DNA of 64,000 nt from contig CAVVXN010000002.1 in NCBI GenBank assembly GCA_963752285.1, positions 320,001 through 384,000 on the forward strand, read 5' to 3'. The notes under the pieces are model-generated. The model worked only from the letters and a program-made list of their open reading frames with translations. It ran no database searches and was not told the DNA's origin. Shown here in pieces: positions 38,261 to 48,172 of the stretch. The translations under genes and the position numbers were made by a program. How positions within the stretch are numbered: the first letter of the stretch is position 1; every line of letters starts with the position of its first letter. This DNA is from an uncultured Planctomycetota bacterium (GTDB lineage: Bacteria; Planctomycetota; PLA2; JAEUHO01).

Positions 38261-39273
38261 CTATACGGCGTCGGCGGACGGGGGTGCGGCGGACGACGTC
38301 GCGGAGGACGTCGGGCGGCGGAGGACGCGGCGCGGGGGCGCGGCGGGCGCGGCGGCGGGCGGTACGTCCGGGAGCTCCCGCGGGGGGGCGGGCGGGACGG
38401 CCGACGCCGTGCGCAGGAGGACCCGTCCCGGCGGGTCCCACGTGAGCGCGAGCACGAGCGGGAACACGGAGAGCGAGACGAGGAGCATGAAGCCCGCGAC
38501 GCTCTCGAGCGGGACGCCCAGCACGTCGTGCGCGACGCGCGCGTAGTCGTTCGTCAGCCCGAACGACCCGCTCTGCATGTACCACGCGCGCGCCGACGAG
38601 GTGAACGCGAGCCCGCCGGCCAGCGCCACGTTTCGTGCGACGAGGAACCACCCCAGGCACGCGTAGAGCGGACGTTCGGACTCGTGCTCCACCGCGTCGC
38701 CGGTACGGGCGCGCGCGAGGAACACGCCGGCGAACACGAGCTCGCCCAGGTGGCCCGAGAGCAGGAAGCCGAGCTGGCGCGCCGTCGGGAGGAACGCGAA
38801 GAGCGGCCACGCGGCGAGGAGCCCGATCGCGAGCCCGAAGAACCTCTTCGTGCGCCAGGCGAGGACCACGCCCGTCACCAGGATCGCCGCCACGAGCACG
38901 AGGATCGTGACGCTCTGCGGACGGTGGAACGCCGCGGCGTGTCCCCGGAGGCTGATGACGGGCCAGGCGGCGGCGCCCGCGTACCACGAGAACGCGACGT
39001 GTCCGGTCTCGTGGAAGAGCGAGCCGAGCAGCCAGCCCATGAGGCGGAGCCACGGCGCCATCGTGAAGAGGCTCGCCAGGGCCGCGCCCAGGGCCAGCCA
39101 CGGCCAGCCGACGTCCACCCGCCTCGGGGCGCGGACCGACCCGGGACGCCCGGCACGAGGCGCGCGCGGCGGGGGCCGGACGCGGGGGGCGCCACCCGGA
39201 GCTCCCCGCAGAGGCCGCACGTGGGACGGTCGTCGGGGTTGGGGTAACCGCAGCGGACGCAGGAGTAGCCCAT
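38261..39273 (-). CDS. Zinc-ribbon + M50-like (HExxH) membrane protein; reading frame broken near 39120-39190
   Basis: MGYSCVRCGYPNPDDRPTCGLCG (CxxC-CxxC) in one frame; multi-TM domain with HETGH, SGHLGEL, LTNDY in the adjacent frame. Confidence 0.65.
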
Positions 39274-39341
39274 TCCGGTCTCCATTTCGCCCATCGAGGC
39301 GCCTGGACTTGAGTCCCCGTCCCCCCCCCGGGGCGCGGCGC

Positions 39342-40031
39342 TCAGGGGGCCCGCGTGGCGCGGGCCTCGGCCAGGATCTCGGCGGCCCGGGAGGTACCGA
39401 GGCGGTCCGCGCCCGCGTCCAGGAGGGCGCGCGCCTGGGCGAGGGTACGGATGCCACCGGACGCCTTGACGCCGAGGCGGTGGCCCACGAGGCCCCGGAG
39501 CCGGCGTACGGCCTCCACCGAGGCGCCCGGCGGGCCGAACCCCGTCGAGGTCTTCACGAACGAGGCGCCCCCTCGCTCGGCGCACTCGGCGGCCCGGGCG
39601 AGGAGCTCGGGGGAGAGGAGCCCCGTCTCGAGGATCGCCTTCACGGGGCGGCCGTCCGCCGCCTCCACGACCGCCCGCACGTCGTCGATGACCTGTTCCC
39701 GGCGCCCGCTCGCCAGCCAGCCGATCTGCACGACGGCGTCGATCTCGTCCGCGCCCAGGCGGACCGCCTCGCGCGTCTCGAACGCCTTCACGCGCGGCAG
39801 GGTGCTCCCGAGGGGAAAGCCCACGACCGCGACGACGCGTACGGCCGTCCCCGCCAGAACCTCCGTCGCCACGGGGAGCCAGCACGGCGCGACGCACGCG
39901 CCGGCGACGCCCAGGGCCCGCGCCTCGCCGAGCATCTTCCGGATCCGCTCCTCCGTCGCGTCGGGCTGGAGCAGCGTGTGGTCGATGCGCGCCGCCAGCG
40001 CGTCCGGGTCGAGCGTCGGGTCCCAGGTCAT
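39342..40031 (-). CDS. deoC: Deoxyribose-phosphate aldolase
   Basis: IDHTLL, VVGFPLG, GADEID, KAILETG, FVKTSTGF, VKASGGIR, RLGTS. Confidence 0.96.
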   Translation of the reverse strand: MTWDPTLDPDALAARIDHTLLQPDATEERIRKMLGEARALGVAGACVAPCWLPVATEVLAGTAVRVVAVVGFPLGSTLPRVKAFETREAVRLGADEIDAVVQIGWLASGRREQVIDDVRAVVEAADGRPVKAILETGLLSPELLARAAECAERGGASFVKTSTGFGPPGASVEAVRRLRGLVGHRLGVKASGGIRTLAQARALLDAGADRLGTSRAAEILAEARATRAP

Positions 40032-40085
40032 GCCAGCCCCTCCGCTCCCGTTGCCCCGCGTCGGGCGGCACGGTAGGACGGCCCC

Positions 40086-40511
40086 GTGGCGCGTCCCGCC
40101 TACCGCCTCCTCGACCACACCGCGGACCTGGCCTTCGAGGTCCAGGCGGAGAGCTGGCCCCGGCTCCTCGAAGCGGCGACCGCCGCGCTCGGCGACGTCA
40201 TCCTCGCCGAGACGGGGGACGCGCGCCGCGAGGCGCGCCCGCTCGACGTGCAGGGCGACGACCGCGAGGACGTCCTCGTGGCCTGGCTGGGCGAGATCGT
40301 CGCCCTCCTCGACGAGTGCGGCTGGCTCACGCGCGCGGCGAGGGTCGAGCGCGCGGAGGCGGGCCGCGCGACCGGCGTCCTCCTCGGCCGGTCGCTCGGG
40401 GACGCCGAGCCCGTGGATCGCGTGGTGAAGGCGGTCACGTATCACGACCTCTGCGTCCACGAGGGCGAGGGCCGCCGACCGTGGCGCGTGGCCGTGGTGC
40501 TGGACCTGTGA
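40086..40511 (+). CDS. Archease
   Basis: YRLLDHTADL, VKAVTYHDL, C-terminal VVLDL; immediately upstream of rtcB. Confidence 0.93.
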   Translation: MARPAYRLLDHTADLAFEVQAESWPRLLEAATAALGDVILAETGDARREARPLDVQGDDREDVLVAWLGEIVALLDECGWLTRAARVERAEAGRATGVLLGRSLGDAEPVDRVVKAVTYHDLCVHEGEGRRPWRVAVVLDL

Positions 40512-40518
40512 GGAGGGG

Positions 40519-41970
40519 GTGCCCATGTCGCCCGAGTCCCCGCCGGCCGTGGAACGCGTGGACCGGTTCCGGTGGCGGATCCCGCGTAGCGGGGCGATGC
40601 GGACGGAGGGTCTCGTCTTCGCCACCGAGAGCCTGCTCCGGACGATGCAGGGCGAGCGGGCCCTCGAGCAGGTCCGAAACGTCGCGTGCCTGCCGGGGAT
40701 CGTCGGGCCGAGCCTCGGCATGCCCGACCTCCACTGGGGCTACGGCTTCGCGATCGGCGGCGTCGCGGCGTTCGACCCGGACGAGGGCGTGATCAGCCCG
40801 GGCGGCGTCGGCTACGACATCAACTGCGGGGTACGGCTGCTCCGGACCGACCTGGACGCGGCGTCGGTCGGCGGCCGGCTCGACGCGCTCGCCGACGCGC
40901 TCGTCGACGAGGTCCCCTGCGGCGTGGGCGCGGCGCAAGAGGACCTCCACCTCACGGGGCGCGAGATGGACGCCTGTCTCGCCGACGGGGCGGCGTGGGC
41001 CGTCCGGCGCGGGCTCGGCGTGCCCGAAGACCTCGAGCACGCCGAGGAGAACGGGCGCCTCGAGGGCGCGCGACCCGACGAGGTATCCGACCGTGCGAAG
41101 CGCCGCGGCGCGCGACAGCTCGGGACGCTCGGTTCCGGCAACCACTTCCTCGAGGTGGACCGCGTGGCGGAGGTCGAAGACGCCGAGGCGGCCCGTGCGC
41201 TCGGGTTGGTCGAGGGGCAGGTCGCCGTGCTCGTCCACTCGGGCAGCCGCGGCCTCGGCCACCAGGTGTGTACGGACCACCTGCCGACGATGAAACGGTC
41301 CGCAGAGAGGCACGGCATCGTGCTCCCCGACCCGCAGCTCGCGTGCGCGCCCTTCCGCTCGCCGGAGGCCGAGCACTACCTCGGCGCGATGCGCGCGGCC
41401 GTGAACTTTGCGTTCGCGAACCGGCAGGCGATCGCGGCGGGCGTGCGGCGCGCGTTCGACCGCGTGTTCGGGGCGGCCGGCGTCCTCGCGCAGGTCTACG
41501 ACGTGTGCCACAACATCGCGAAGGTCGAACGGCACGTCGTCGGCGGCCGCGAACGAGACCTCGTCGTGCACCGCAAGGGCGCGACGCGCGCGTTCCCTCC
41601 GGGGCACCCGCTCACGCCGGTCGCGTACCGGGCGGTGGGGCAGCCGGTGATGGTCCCGGGCGACATGGGCCGGTACTCGTTCGTGCTCGTCGGCACCGAG
41701 GGGGCGTGGAGGGAGACGTTTGGCTCCTCGTGCCACGGCGCGGGCCGCCTCCAGAGCCGCACGCGCGCGCGGAGGGAGACGCGGGACCAGGACGTGCGCG
41801 GCGACCTCGAACGACGCGGGATCCGCGTCCGCGCCGCGAGCCGCCGCACGATCGACGAGGAGCACCCCGGCGCCTACAAGGACGTCGCGGAGGTGGTGGC
41901 GGTGGTGGAGGGCGCCGGGCTCGCGCGTCGGGTCGCGCGCCTCGAGCCGATGGCGGTCGTGAAGGGCTGA
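40519..41970 (+). CDS. rtcB: RtcB RNA 2',3'-cyclic phosphate ligase (archaeal/eukaryotic-type)
   Basis: MPDLHWGYGFAIGG, GYDINCG, GSGNHFLE, HSGSRG, HNIAK, HRKGAT, SCHGAGR, YKDV. Confidence 0.96.
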   Translation: MPMSPESPPAVERVDRFRWRIPRSGAMRTEGLVFATESLLRTMQGERALEQVRNVACLPGIVGPSLGMPDLHWGYGFAIGGVAAFDPDEGVISPGGVGYDINCGVRLLRTDLDAASVGGRLDALADALVDEVPCGVGAAQEDLHLTGREMDACLADGAAWAVRRGLGVPEDLEHAEENGRLEGARPDEVSDRAKRRGARQLGTLGSGNHFLEVDRVAEVEDAEAARALGLVEGQVAVLVHSGSRGLGHQVCTDHLPTMKRSAERHGIVLPDPQLACAPFRSPEAEHYLGAMRAAVNFAFANRQAIAAGVRRAFDRVFGAAGVLAQVYDVCHNIAKVERHVVGGRERDLVVHRKGATRAFPPGHPLTPVAYRAVGQPVMVPGDMGRYSFVLVGTEGAWRETFGSSCHGAGRLQSRTRARRETRDQDVRGDLERRGIRVRAASRRTIDEEHPGAYKDVAEVVAVVEGAGLARRVARLEPMAVVKG

Positions 41971-42301
41971 CGCCCCGCGGGACCTTCCCTCCGGGCGCTC
42001 TGCCGGGCGGCGCTCGCGGTCGCCGCGGCCCGCGTCGGGGGCCCCCGGCCTCGGCGTGGTTTCGTCCACGGGAGGCCCCTCGGACCGCCGCGACCCGGGG
42101 GGGGCGGCGCGGGAGCGGGGGCGGGGGCGGAACGGATCTCGCGCGGGGATTGGAGCTCGGGGTAGGGTGCCGCGGATCCGGTCGCCGGTACGGCCGCCGG
42201 ACGAGGACCCCATGGACGACCCCGGCGGCAGTCGAACGTCTCGAACCCCTTGACGGCGCCGGGCGCGGAGGCGGGCCCCGCACGGCGGCGGGAGCCTCCC
42301 G

Positions 42302-43606
42302 ATGTCCCAGGTGCTCCACGAGATCCAGGAGGCGTGGCCGGTCCTCCTCGCGGACGAGCGCCTGGATCGCTTCCGCGCGCTCTCGCCCGCGGACGCCGAG
42401 GAGTTCTTCCCGACGCTCTCGTCCCGCGCGCAGGCCGACATCGTGCTCGGGCTCCCGCCCGGCGAGCGGAGGCTCTGGCTCCGCCTTCTACCGCCCGACG
42501 ACCTCGCCGACCTCGTCCAGGAGGCGCCCGAGGAGGAGCGCGCGAACCTCGTGGCGGAGCTGACCGAGCCCGTGCGCCGCGAGGTGCGCGCGCTCCTCGC
42601 GTACGCGGAGGACGACGCCGGCGGCCTGATGAGCCCGCGCTTCGCGCGTCTTCGACCCGACATGCCCACGGAGGACGCGCTGCGCTACCTGCGGCGCCAG
42701 GTGGCGGGCCAGCTCGAGACGATCTACTACGCGTACGTGCTCGACGGCGAGCAGCGTCTCCTCGGCGTCGTGTCCATGCGCGACCTGCTCGCCGCGTCCG
42801 GCGAGAAGACGGTGCGCGAGATCATGAGCGGGGGCGTGGTGAGCGTCCCGCAGGACATGGACCAGGAGGGCGTCGCCCGCCTGATCGCGAAGCACGACCT
42901 CCTCGCCGTGCCGGTGGTGGACGAGCAGGGCCGCATGAAGGGCATCGTGACGGTCGATGACATCGTGGACGTCGTGCAGCACGAGGCCACCGAGGACATC
43001 CACAAGCTCGGCGGTCTCGACGCGCTGGACCGCCCCTACCTGCAGATGGCCTTCTTCCCGCTCGTGCGCCGCCGAGCCGGCTGGCTGGCCGTGCTGTTCC
43101 TCGGCGAGCTGCTGACCGCCAGCGCGATGGCGTACTACGAGACCGAGCTCGCCCGCGCGGTGGTCCTGACGCTGTTCCTCCCGCTGATCATCTCGAGCGG
43201 CGGCAACGCGGGCTCGCAGGCCACGACGCTCATCATCCGCGCGATGGCGCTCGGCGAGGTGCGGCTCAAGGACTGGTTCCGCATCGTCCGACGCGAGCTC
43301 CGGATGGGCCTGGCGCTCGGGTTGATCCTCGCCTGCATCGGTCTGGCGCGGGTCCTCGTCTGGCAGGGCCTCTTCCACTCGTACGGGGAGTACTACGTGC
43401 GCATCGCGTTCGCGGTGGCCGTGAGCCTCGTGGGCGTCGTCACGTGGGGCACGCTCTCGGGGTCGATGCTCCCGTTCGTTCTCCGGCGTTTCCATCTCGA
43501 CCCGGCGAGCGCCTCCGCGCCGTTCGTGGCGACGCTCGTGGACGTCTCCGGGCTCGTCATCTACTTCTCGGTGGCGGAGGTCCTGCTCCGGGGCGCGCTC
43601 CTCTGA
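42302..43606 (+). CDS. mgtE: Magnesium transporter MgtE
   Basis: N-domain, CBS pair, GIVTVDD, SSGGNAGSQ, DPASASAPFVATLVD. Confidence 0.95.
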   Translation: MSQVLHEIQEAWPVLLADERLDRFRALSPADAEEFFPTLSSRAQADIVLGLPPGERRLWLRLLPPDDLADLVQEAPEEERANLVAELTEPVRREVRALLAYAEDDAGGLMSPRFARLRPDMPTEDALRYLRRQVAGQLETIYYAYVLDGEQRLLGVVSMRDLLAASGEKTVREIMSGGVVSVPQDMDQEGVARLIAKHDLLAVPVVDEQGRMKGIVTVDDIVDVVQHEATEDIHKLGGLDALDRPYLQMAFFPLVRRRAGWLAVLFLGELLTASAMAYYETELARAVVLTLFLPLIISSGGNAGSQATTLIIRAMALGEVRLKDWFRIVRRELRMGLALGLILACIGLARVLVWQGLFHSYGEYYVRIAFAVAVSLVGVVTWGTLSGSMLPFVLRRFHLDPASASAPFVATLVDVSGLVIYFSVAEVLLRGALL

Positions 43607-44906
43607 GCGGCAGGGGCGCGTCGCGCGGCGCGCGGCCAGCCCGGCTCGCGCCGACGACCAGCAGGACGGACGCCAGCAGGAGCGGACCGGCGGCGCCGAC
43701 GGGCTCGAGGGGGCGCGCGACGTGCGCGAGGTAGAAGAGCGCCTCGCCGGCGACGAAGACGCCCACGAGGCGCCCGGGCCTCGCCACGAGACCGTCCGCC
43801 GCCACGAGCAGCGCGACGAGCGGGAGCACGACCGTGTAGTGCGTCGGCCACGCGTAGCGCACGGCGAGCACGGGCAGGAACCCCACGAGCGCGAACGCGA
43901 GCGCGAACCCGCGGTCGTCGGGGGCGCGCAGGCGTCGCCAGCCGAGGAGCGCCGCGAGGAGGACGGCCAGGGCGGTGACGACGCGCGCGGCGTCGTCGAC
44001 CGCGCGCCACGCGGCGTCCGAGAGCGACGGCCGTTCGTCCTCGAAGGACGCGCCCGCCGCCCACCCGGTCCACGTCGCGAACACGCGGCGAGGCGCCTGG
44101 TTCTTGAACCGGTACTCGTTGATGTTCGCCATCTCCTCGAGGTCGGCGAGCCGCCCGGGCGGCGCGGCGAACACGGCCTCGGAGGTCTCGAGCCATCGCT
44201 GGGTGACCGTGCGGGCGCGCGCCGGCCCGAGGACCGCGACCGGGATCAGCACGAAGAACGCGAGGAGCCCGCCGGCGACGCCGACCGACAGCCGGAGGAA
44301 CGGCCTCCCGCCTCTCCTGCGCCACGCGGCGAGCAGGCCGAGGCCCACGGCCGCGGCGGGCAGGAGGGGCGTCAGCCGGAGCGCACCGCCGAACGCCAGG
44401 AGCGCGCCCGCGACGACCTCGCGGCGCCGGACGAGGAGCACGAGGGCGCCGACCTGGATCGCGACGAGGGCGACCGTCACCTGCCCCCGCTCGAACGACT
44501 GGTGGAGGAAGGGCAGCGCCACGGCCGTGCCCACGAGCGTCGGGCGCCATCCGACCCGTCCCGGGCCCCAGGGCATCCGCGCGAGCGCGAGGAGCGCGGC
44601 CCCGAGCGCCGCGAGGGAGAGGGCGTAGAAGACGAGCGCCGCGTCCGGCGGGCGCGCGGGCCCGAGCGGCATCAGGAGGATCGCGAGGAGGGGAGGGTAG
44701 ACGTACGGGTAGCCCCGCGGGTTCCTCGCCTCGTACGGGTCCGTGCCCTCGTCCAGGGCGCGCGCCGCGGCCTGGTAGACCGTGAAGTCGGTCCGGTGCG
44801 CGCGGAGCCCGCGGTCCACGCGCGCGCGCTGCCGCACGTCGAGCCCGCCGTACAGGCCGGCCAGGAGGACGAGGACCAGGAGGAGGAGGAGAGGGGTCCG
44901 CCGCAC
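43557..44906 (-). CDS. GT-C glycosyltransferase, GT87/DUF2029-like
   Basis: TDFTVY.AAA...DPY, YVYPP, GQVT, multi-TM. Confidence 0.8.
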   Translation of the reverse strand: MRRTPLLLLLVLVLLAGLYGGLDVRQRARVDRGLRAHRTDFTVYQAAARALDEGTDPYEARNPRGYPYVYPPLLAILLMPLGPARPPDAALVFYALSLAALGAALLALARMPWGPGRVGWRPTLVGTAVALPFLHQSFERGQVTVALVAIQVGALVLLVRRREVVAGALLAFGGALRLTPLLPAAAVGLGLLAAWRRRGGRPFLRLSVGVAGGLLAFFVLIPVAVLGPARARTVTQRWLETSEAVFAAPPGRLADLEEMANINEYRFKNQAPRRVFATWTGWAAGASFEDERPSLSDAAWRAVDDAARVVTALAVLLAALLGWRRLRAPDDRGFALAFALVGFLPVLAVRYAWPTHYTVVLPLVALLVAADGLVARPGRLVGVFVAGEALFYLAHVARPLEPVGAAGPLLLASVLLVVGASRAGRAPRDAPLPLRGARPGAGPPPPRSR

Positions 44907-44988
44907 GCCCCCCTTTTCGCCGCCCGACGGGCGCGCCGCCAGAACGCGCTGGCGTCCGTGCCGGCCGCGAGGAAGATGGCGGCCCCCC

Positions 44989-45822
44989 GTGCCCCTCCCC
45001 TCCCTCTCCCTCGTGATCCCCGCGTTCGACGCGGCCTCGCTCCTCGACGCGTCGCTCGAGCGCGCCTGGCGCTGGCTCGAGGGCCTCGACCGGGCCGTCG
45101 AGCTGGTCGTCGTGGACGACGGGAGTCGCGACGCGACGCCCGCGATCCTCGCGCGCTTCGCGTCGCGGGCGCGGGCGATGGGACGCGGGCGGTTCCGGGC
45201 GCTCCGAAATCCCATGAACCGGGGGAAGGGGTATGCGGTCCGTCGGGGCGTGCTCGCGGCGCGCGGGCACGTGCGCCTCTTCGTGGACGCCGGCCTCACG
45301 TACCCCGTCGAGGCGCTCGCGCGCGTCACGGAGACGCTGGACCGCGGCGCGGACGTGGCCATCGCGAGCCGCCTGCATCCCGAGAGCCTCTACCTCGTCC
45401 CGCCGGGCCGCCTCTACCCGCTCGTCCGGCGCCACCTCGTCGGCCGTCTCCACAACCGGGTCGCGCGCGCCATCGCCGTGCCGGGGATCCTCGACACCCA
45501 GGCGGGCCTCAAGGGATTTCGCGCCGCCGCCGCCGAGCGCGTGTTCGGGGTCGCCCGGCTCGACCGGTTCACGTTCGACGTCGAGACGCTGTTCCTCGCG
45601 CGCCGGTTCGGGTTCCAGATCGCCGAGGTGCCCGTGCGCTACGTGGACCTCGCGGAGCGGACCACGCTCCGTCCGTTCCGCGACGGCCTCTGCGGTCTGG
45701 GCGACCTCATCCGCATCCGTGCGCTCGCGCGGGCGGGCGCGTACGAGCGTCGAGCGCCTCGAGGAACGTCGCCGCAGAGAGCCCTCGCGCCCGAAGACGG
45801 GAGGCGGTCTCTCTCGAGGTGA
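44989..45822 (+). CDS. GT2 polyprenol-phosphate glycosyltransferase-like (DxD altered to DAG)
   Basis: LSLVIPAF, VVVDDGSRD, NRGKGYAVRRG, DTQAGLKGF, FTFDVE. Confidence 0.85.
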   Translation: MPLPSLSLVIPAFDAASLLDASLERAWRWLEGLDRAVELVVVDDGSRDATPAILARFASRARAMGRGRFRALRNPMNRGKGYAVRRGVLAARGHVRLFVDAGLTYPVEALARVTETLDRGADVAIASRLHPESLYLVPPGRLYPLVRRHLVGRLHNRVARAIAVPGILDTQAGLKGFRAAAAERVFGVARLDRFTFDVETLFLARRFGFQIAEVPVRYVDLAERTTLRPFRDGLCGLGDLIRIRALARAGAYERRAPRGTSPQRALAPEDGRRSLSR

Positions 45823-46531
45823 GGGCTTCGCGCTCGCGCGGCCGCGCCGGGTGCACGACGCACTCCAGGGGTCCGCACGCGCCGAGCCCTCCGAGGGCCG
45901 CGAGCCACGCCGCGACGTCGCGCTCGCGCTCCAGGCCGAGGCCGACGAAGGGGAGGTGCGCCGGACCGCGGCCCCGCGCCTCGGCCAGCGCGCGCGCGAG
46001 CCCCGCGGAGACGCGCGCGAGGAACGCGCGCTTCGCCGGGGCGAGCCGCGGGCCCGCGCGACGGTCGGCCGGGACGCGCAGGTAGGGGAGCTGGCGCGCC
46101 CGTGCCACCTCGAGGACGACCTCGCGGATCCCGGGGAAGGCGTGCGCGTGGTGGTGTCCCGTCACGTGGACGACGCGCCCCGCGAGTCGCTCGACCGCGT
46201 CCCACTGCGCCTCGACCTCGCGCCGGACGTCGTCGCGGCGAGGGCGCCGCGCGAGGCAGCTCGCGAGCACCGTCGGGAGGGGGAGGAACCGCCCGCCGCG
46301 GTCGGTCAGGCCGGCCAGCGGGCCCGTGAGCGCGACCCCGTCGGTGAACGCGAGGTGCAGGCCCACGGGGAAGGGCAGGTCCGCCGCGACGCGCGCGCCC
46401 TCGGCCGCCTCGGGACCGGTAGGCAGGTACGCGACCTCGCGCACCCAGCCCGCGCGCGCCGCCCTGCGGATCCCGTCGTTCGCGGCCGCCGAGAGACCGA
46501 GGTCGTCGGCGCAGAAGACGACCTGCCGCAC
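45707..46531 (-). CDS. ChbG/YdjC/HpnK-family carbohydrate deacetylase
   Basis: ADDLG, VGLHL, EVEAQ, HVTGHHHAH, ECVVHP, RERE...LTS; 3' end uncertain (116-nt convergent overlap). Confidence 0.8.
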   Translation of the reverse strand: MRQVVFCADDLGLSAAANDGIRRAARAGWVREVAYLPTGPEAAEGARVAADLPFPVGLHLAFTDGVALTGPLAGLTDRGGRFLPLPTVLASCLARRPRRDDVRREVEAQWDAVERLAGRVVHVTGHHHAHAFPGIREVVLEVARARQLPYLRVPADRRAGPRLAPAKRAFLARVSAGLARALAEARGRGPAHLPFVGLGLERERDVAAWLAALGGLGACGPLECVVHPARPREREALTSRETASRLRARGLSAATFLEALDARTRPPARAHGCG

Positions 46532-46540
46532 GAGGCGCCC

Positions 46541-48172
46541 CTACCCGCTGCCGGTGCGCGAGGTGACGAGGACGAGGAGCAGGCGGCGCTCGAGGGGCCG
46601 GGTGCCGAGGAGCGCGGGGAGGGAGATCTGCGCGTACGTTCCCTCGTCCACCACCCTCGTCACGAGACCCGGGTCGTCCGCGAGGAGGTGGAGGTCGTCG
46701 TCCTCCAGCACCACCCACGCGCGCGGCGCGCGCCGGCAGGTCGCGCGGAGCTCGTCGGGGTCGCGGAGCGAGAAGAACGGACGGTGCCCGTAGAAGGTGA
46801 GGCTCTGGAGGCCCACGGCGTAGCGGCCCGACACGTCGCCGGGGGCGGCCTCCCGGGCGATCCGTTCGGCGAACGCGCGCGCGGGGCGGACCTCGCCGAT
46901 CCGTCCGAGCACGATCGCGGTGCCGAAGGCGAGGACGGCCAGGGTCGCGAAGGTCGCCTCGGCCGCGCGGAGGAGCCGGCGCCCGCGCCACGCCCAGAGC
47001 AGGAGCGCGGTCCACGACAGGAGCAGCGCAGACGTCGCGATGCCGACGTCGCGGAGCGGCGGGAGACGCACCGTGAGCACGATCGCGACGGCCGTCGCGC
47101 CCGTGGCGACGCCGACCAGGGGCAGCACGATCCAGCGGGCCCGGCGCCAGTCCTGCGCACGGACGAGGCGGTCGATCGTCACCCCCAGCACGACCGCCAC
47201 CGCGGGATAGGCCGGCAGGAGGTAGACCGATCGCTTGCCGGTGGAAGCCGAGAAGAAGCCGAACACCACGAGCACCCAGAGCAGGGGGAGGAGCCGCGCG
47301 TCCGCGCGCCAGCGACCCCCGCGCCCCTCGGCGAAGAACACGACGACCGCGCCCAGGAACGGGAGCGACCACGGGAGCGCGTCGCCCAGGAACGCCATGG
47401 GAAGGAAGAGCGGGCCCCGCGCGCCGTAGAGGTCGGTCAGGAAGCGGAGCGCGTTGTTCCTGAGGAAGTACTCGTGGACGAACCCGTCGTAGCTCGCGGC
47501 CATGTACACGAACCACGGCGCGGCGACGGCGAGCGCGAGCGCCAGGGGACCCACGGGCCGGAGGCGCGGCGCGGGGCGCACGCGCCGGGCGAGGAGCCGA
47601 TCGAGCACGAAGAGGCCCGCCGCGAGGACGAGCGCCACGGGACCCTTCATGAGGACCCCGACGCCGAGCGTGAAGCCCGCGACCCAGAGGCCGCCGCGCC
47701 GGGCCCCGTCGGAGAGGAGCCAACGCACGTAGCCCCAGCCGGCGACGGCGAAGCACGTCGTGAGGAACACGTCGCCCGCGAGCTGACGCGAGAACATGAA
47801 GTGCTTCGCCGTGGTGGCGAGGACGGCCCCCGCGAGGAGCCCGGCGCGCCAGCTCGCGAGGCGCCGCGCCACGTCGAACGTGAGCAGGACGGTGAGCGCC
47901 GCCGCGAGCGCCATGGGCAGGCGTCCCGCCAGCTCCGACGCGCCGAGGAGCGCGTAGAAGGGGATGGTCGCCCACGTGACCCCGGGCGGCTTCACGAACC
48001 ACGGCTCGTAGTTCATCGTCGGCACGAGCCAGGCGCCGGTCTCGATCGCCTCGCGCGGGGGCTCGGCGTAGAGGGTCTCGTTCGCGTCCCACAGGTCCGG
48101 ACGTCCCAGGCCCACGAAGTAGGGGAGGACGAGGACCCCGAGCAGGACGAACGTCAGGACGCGGCGCGACAT
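46541..48172 (-). CDS. ArnT-like (GT83/GT39) lipid-carrier glycosyltransferase
   Basis: LWDANE..YAE..RE, WLVP, KPP, RLP, MKGP, KRSVYLLPAYP; many TM helices. Confidence 0.88.
   Translation of the reverse strand: MSRRVLTFVLLGVLVLPYFVGLGRPDLWDANETLYAEPPREAIETGAWLVPTMNYEPWFVKPPGVTWATIPFYALLGASELAGRLPMALAAALTVLLTFDVARRLASWRAGLLAGAVLATTAKHFMFSRQLAGDVFLTTCFAVAGWGYVRWLLSDGARRGGLWVAGFTLGVGVLMKGPVALVLAAGLFVLDRLLARRVRPAPRLRPVGPLALALAVAAPWFVYMAASYDGFVHEYFLRNNALRFLTDLYGARGPLFLPMAFLGDALPWSLPFLGAVVVFFAEGRGGRWRADARLLPLLWVLVVFGFFSASTGKRSVYLLPAYPAVAVVLGVTIDRLVRAQDWRRARWIVLPLVGVATGATAVAIVLTVRLPPLRDVGIATSALLLSWTALLLWAWRGRRLLRAAEATFATLAVLAFGTAIVLGRIGEVRPARAFAERIAREAAPGDVSGRYAVGLQSLTFYGHRPFFSLRDPDELRATCRRAPRAWVVLEDDDLHLLADDPGLVTRVVDEGTYAQISLPALLGTRPLERRLLLVLVTSRTGSG

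Noticed and set aside
9960..39190. Programmed ribosomal frameshifting at the two split genes
   Set aside because: No canonical slippery heptamer seen; both are fixed by one added base near G/C homopolymers, the usual long-read error pattern
42212..42304. In-frame TGA (42251-42253) upstream of mgtE as a second selenocysteine site
   Set aside because: No Cys-motif context, the read-through peptide (RRRARRRAP) looks non-coding, and mgtE has its own SD and ATG at 42302
45707..45822. Functionally meaningful convergent overlaps (also 43557-43606)
   Set aside because: The overlapping tails are low-complexity extensions typical of GC-rich genomes or indel errors; no sign of function
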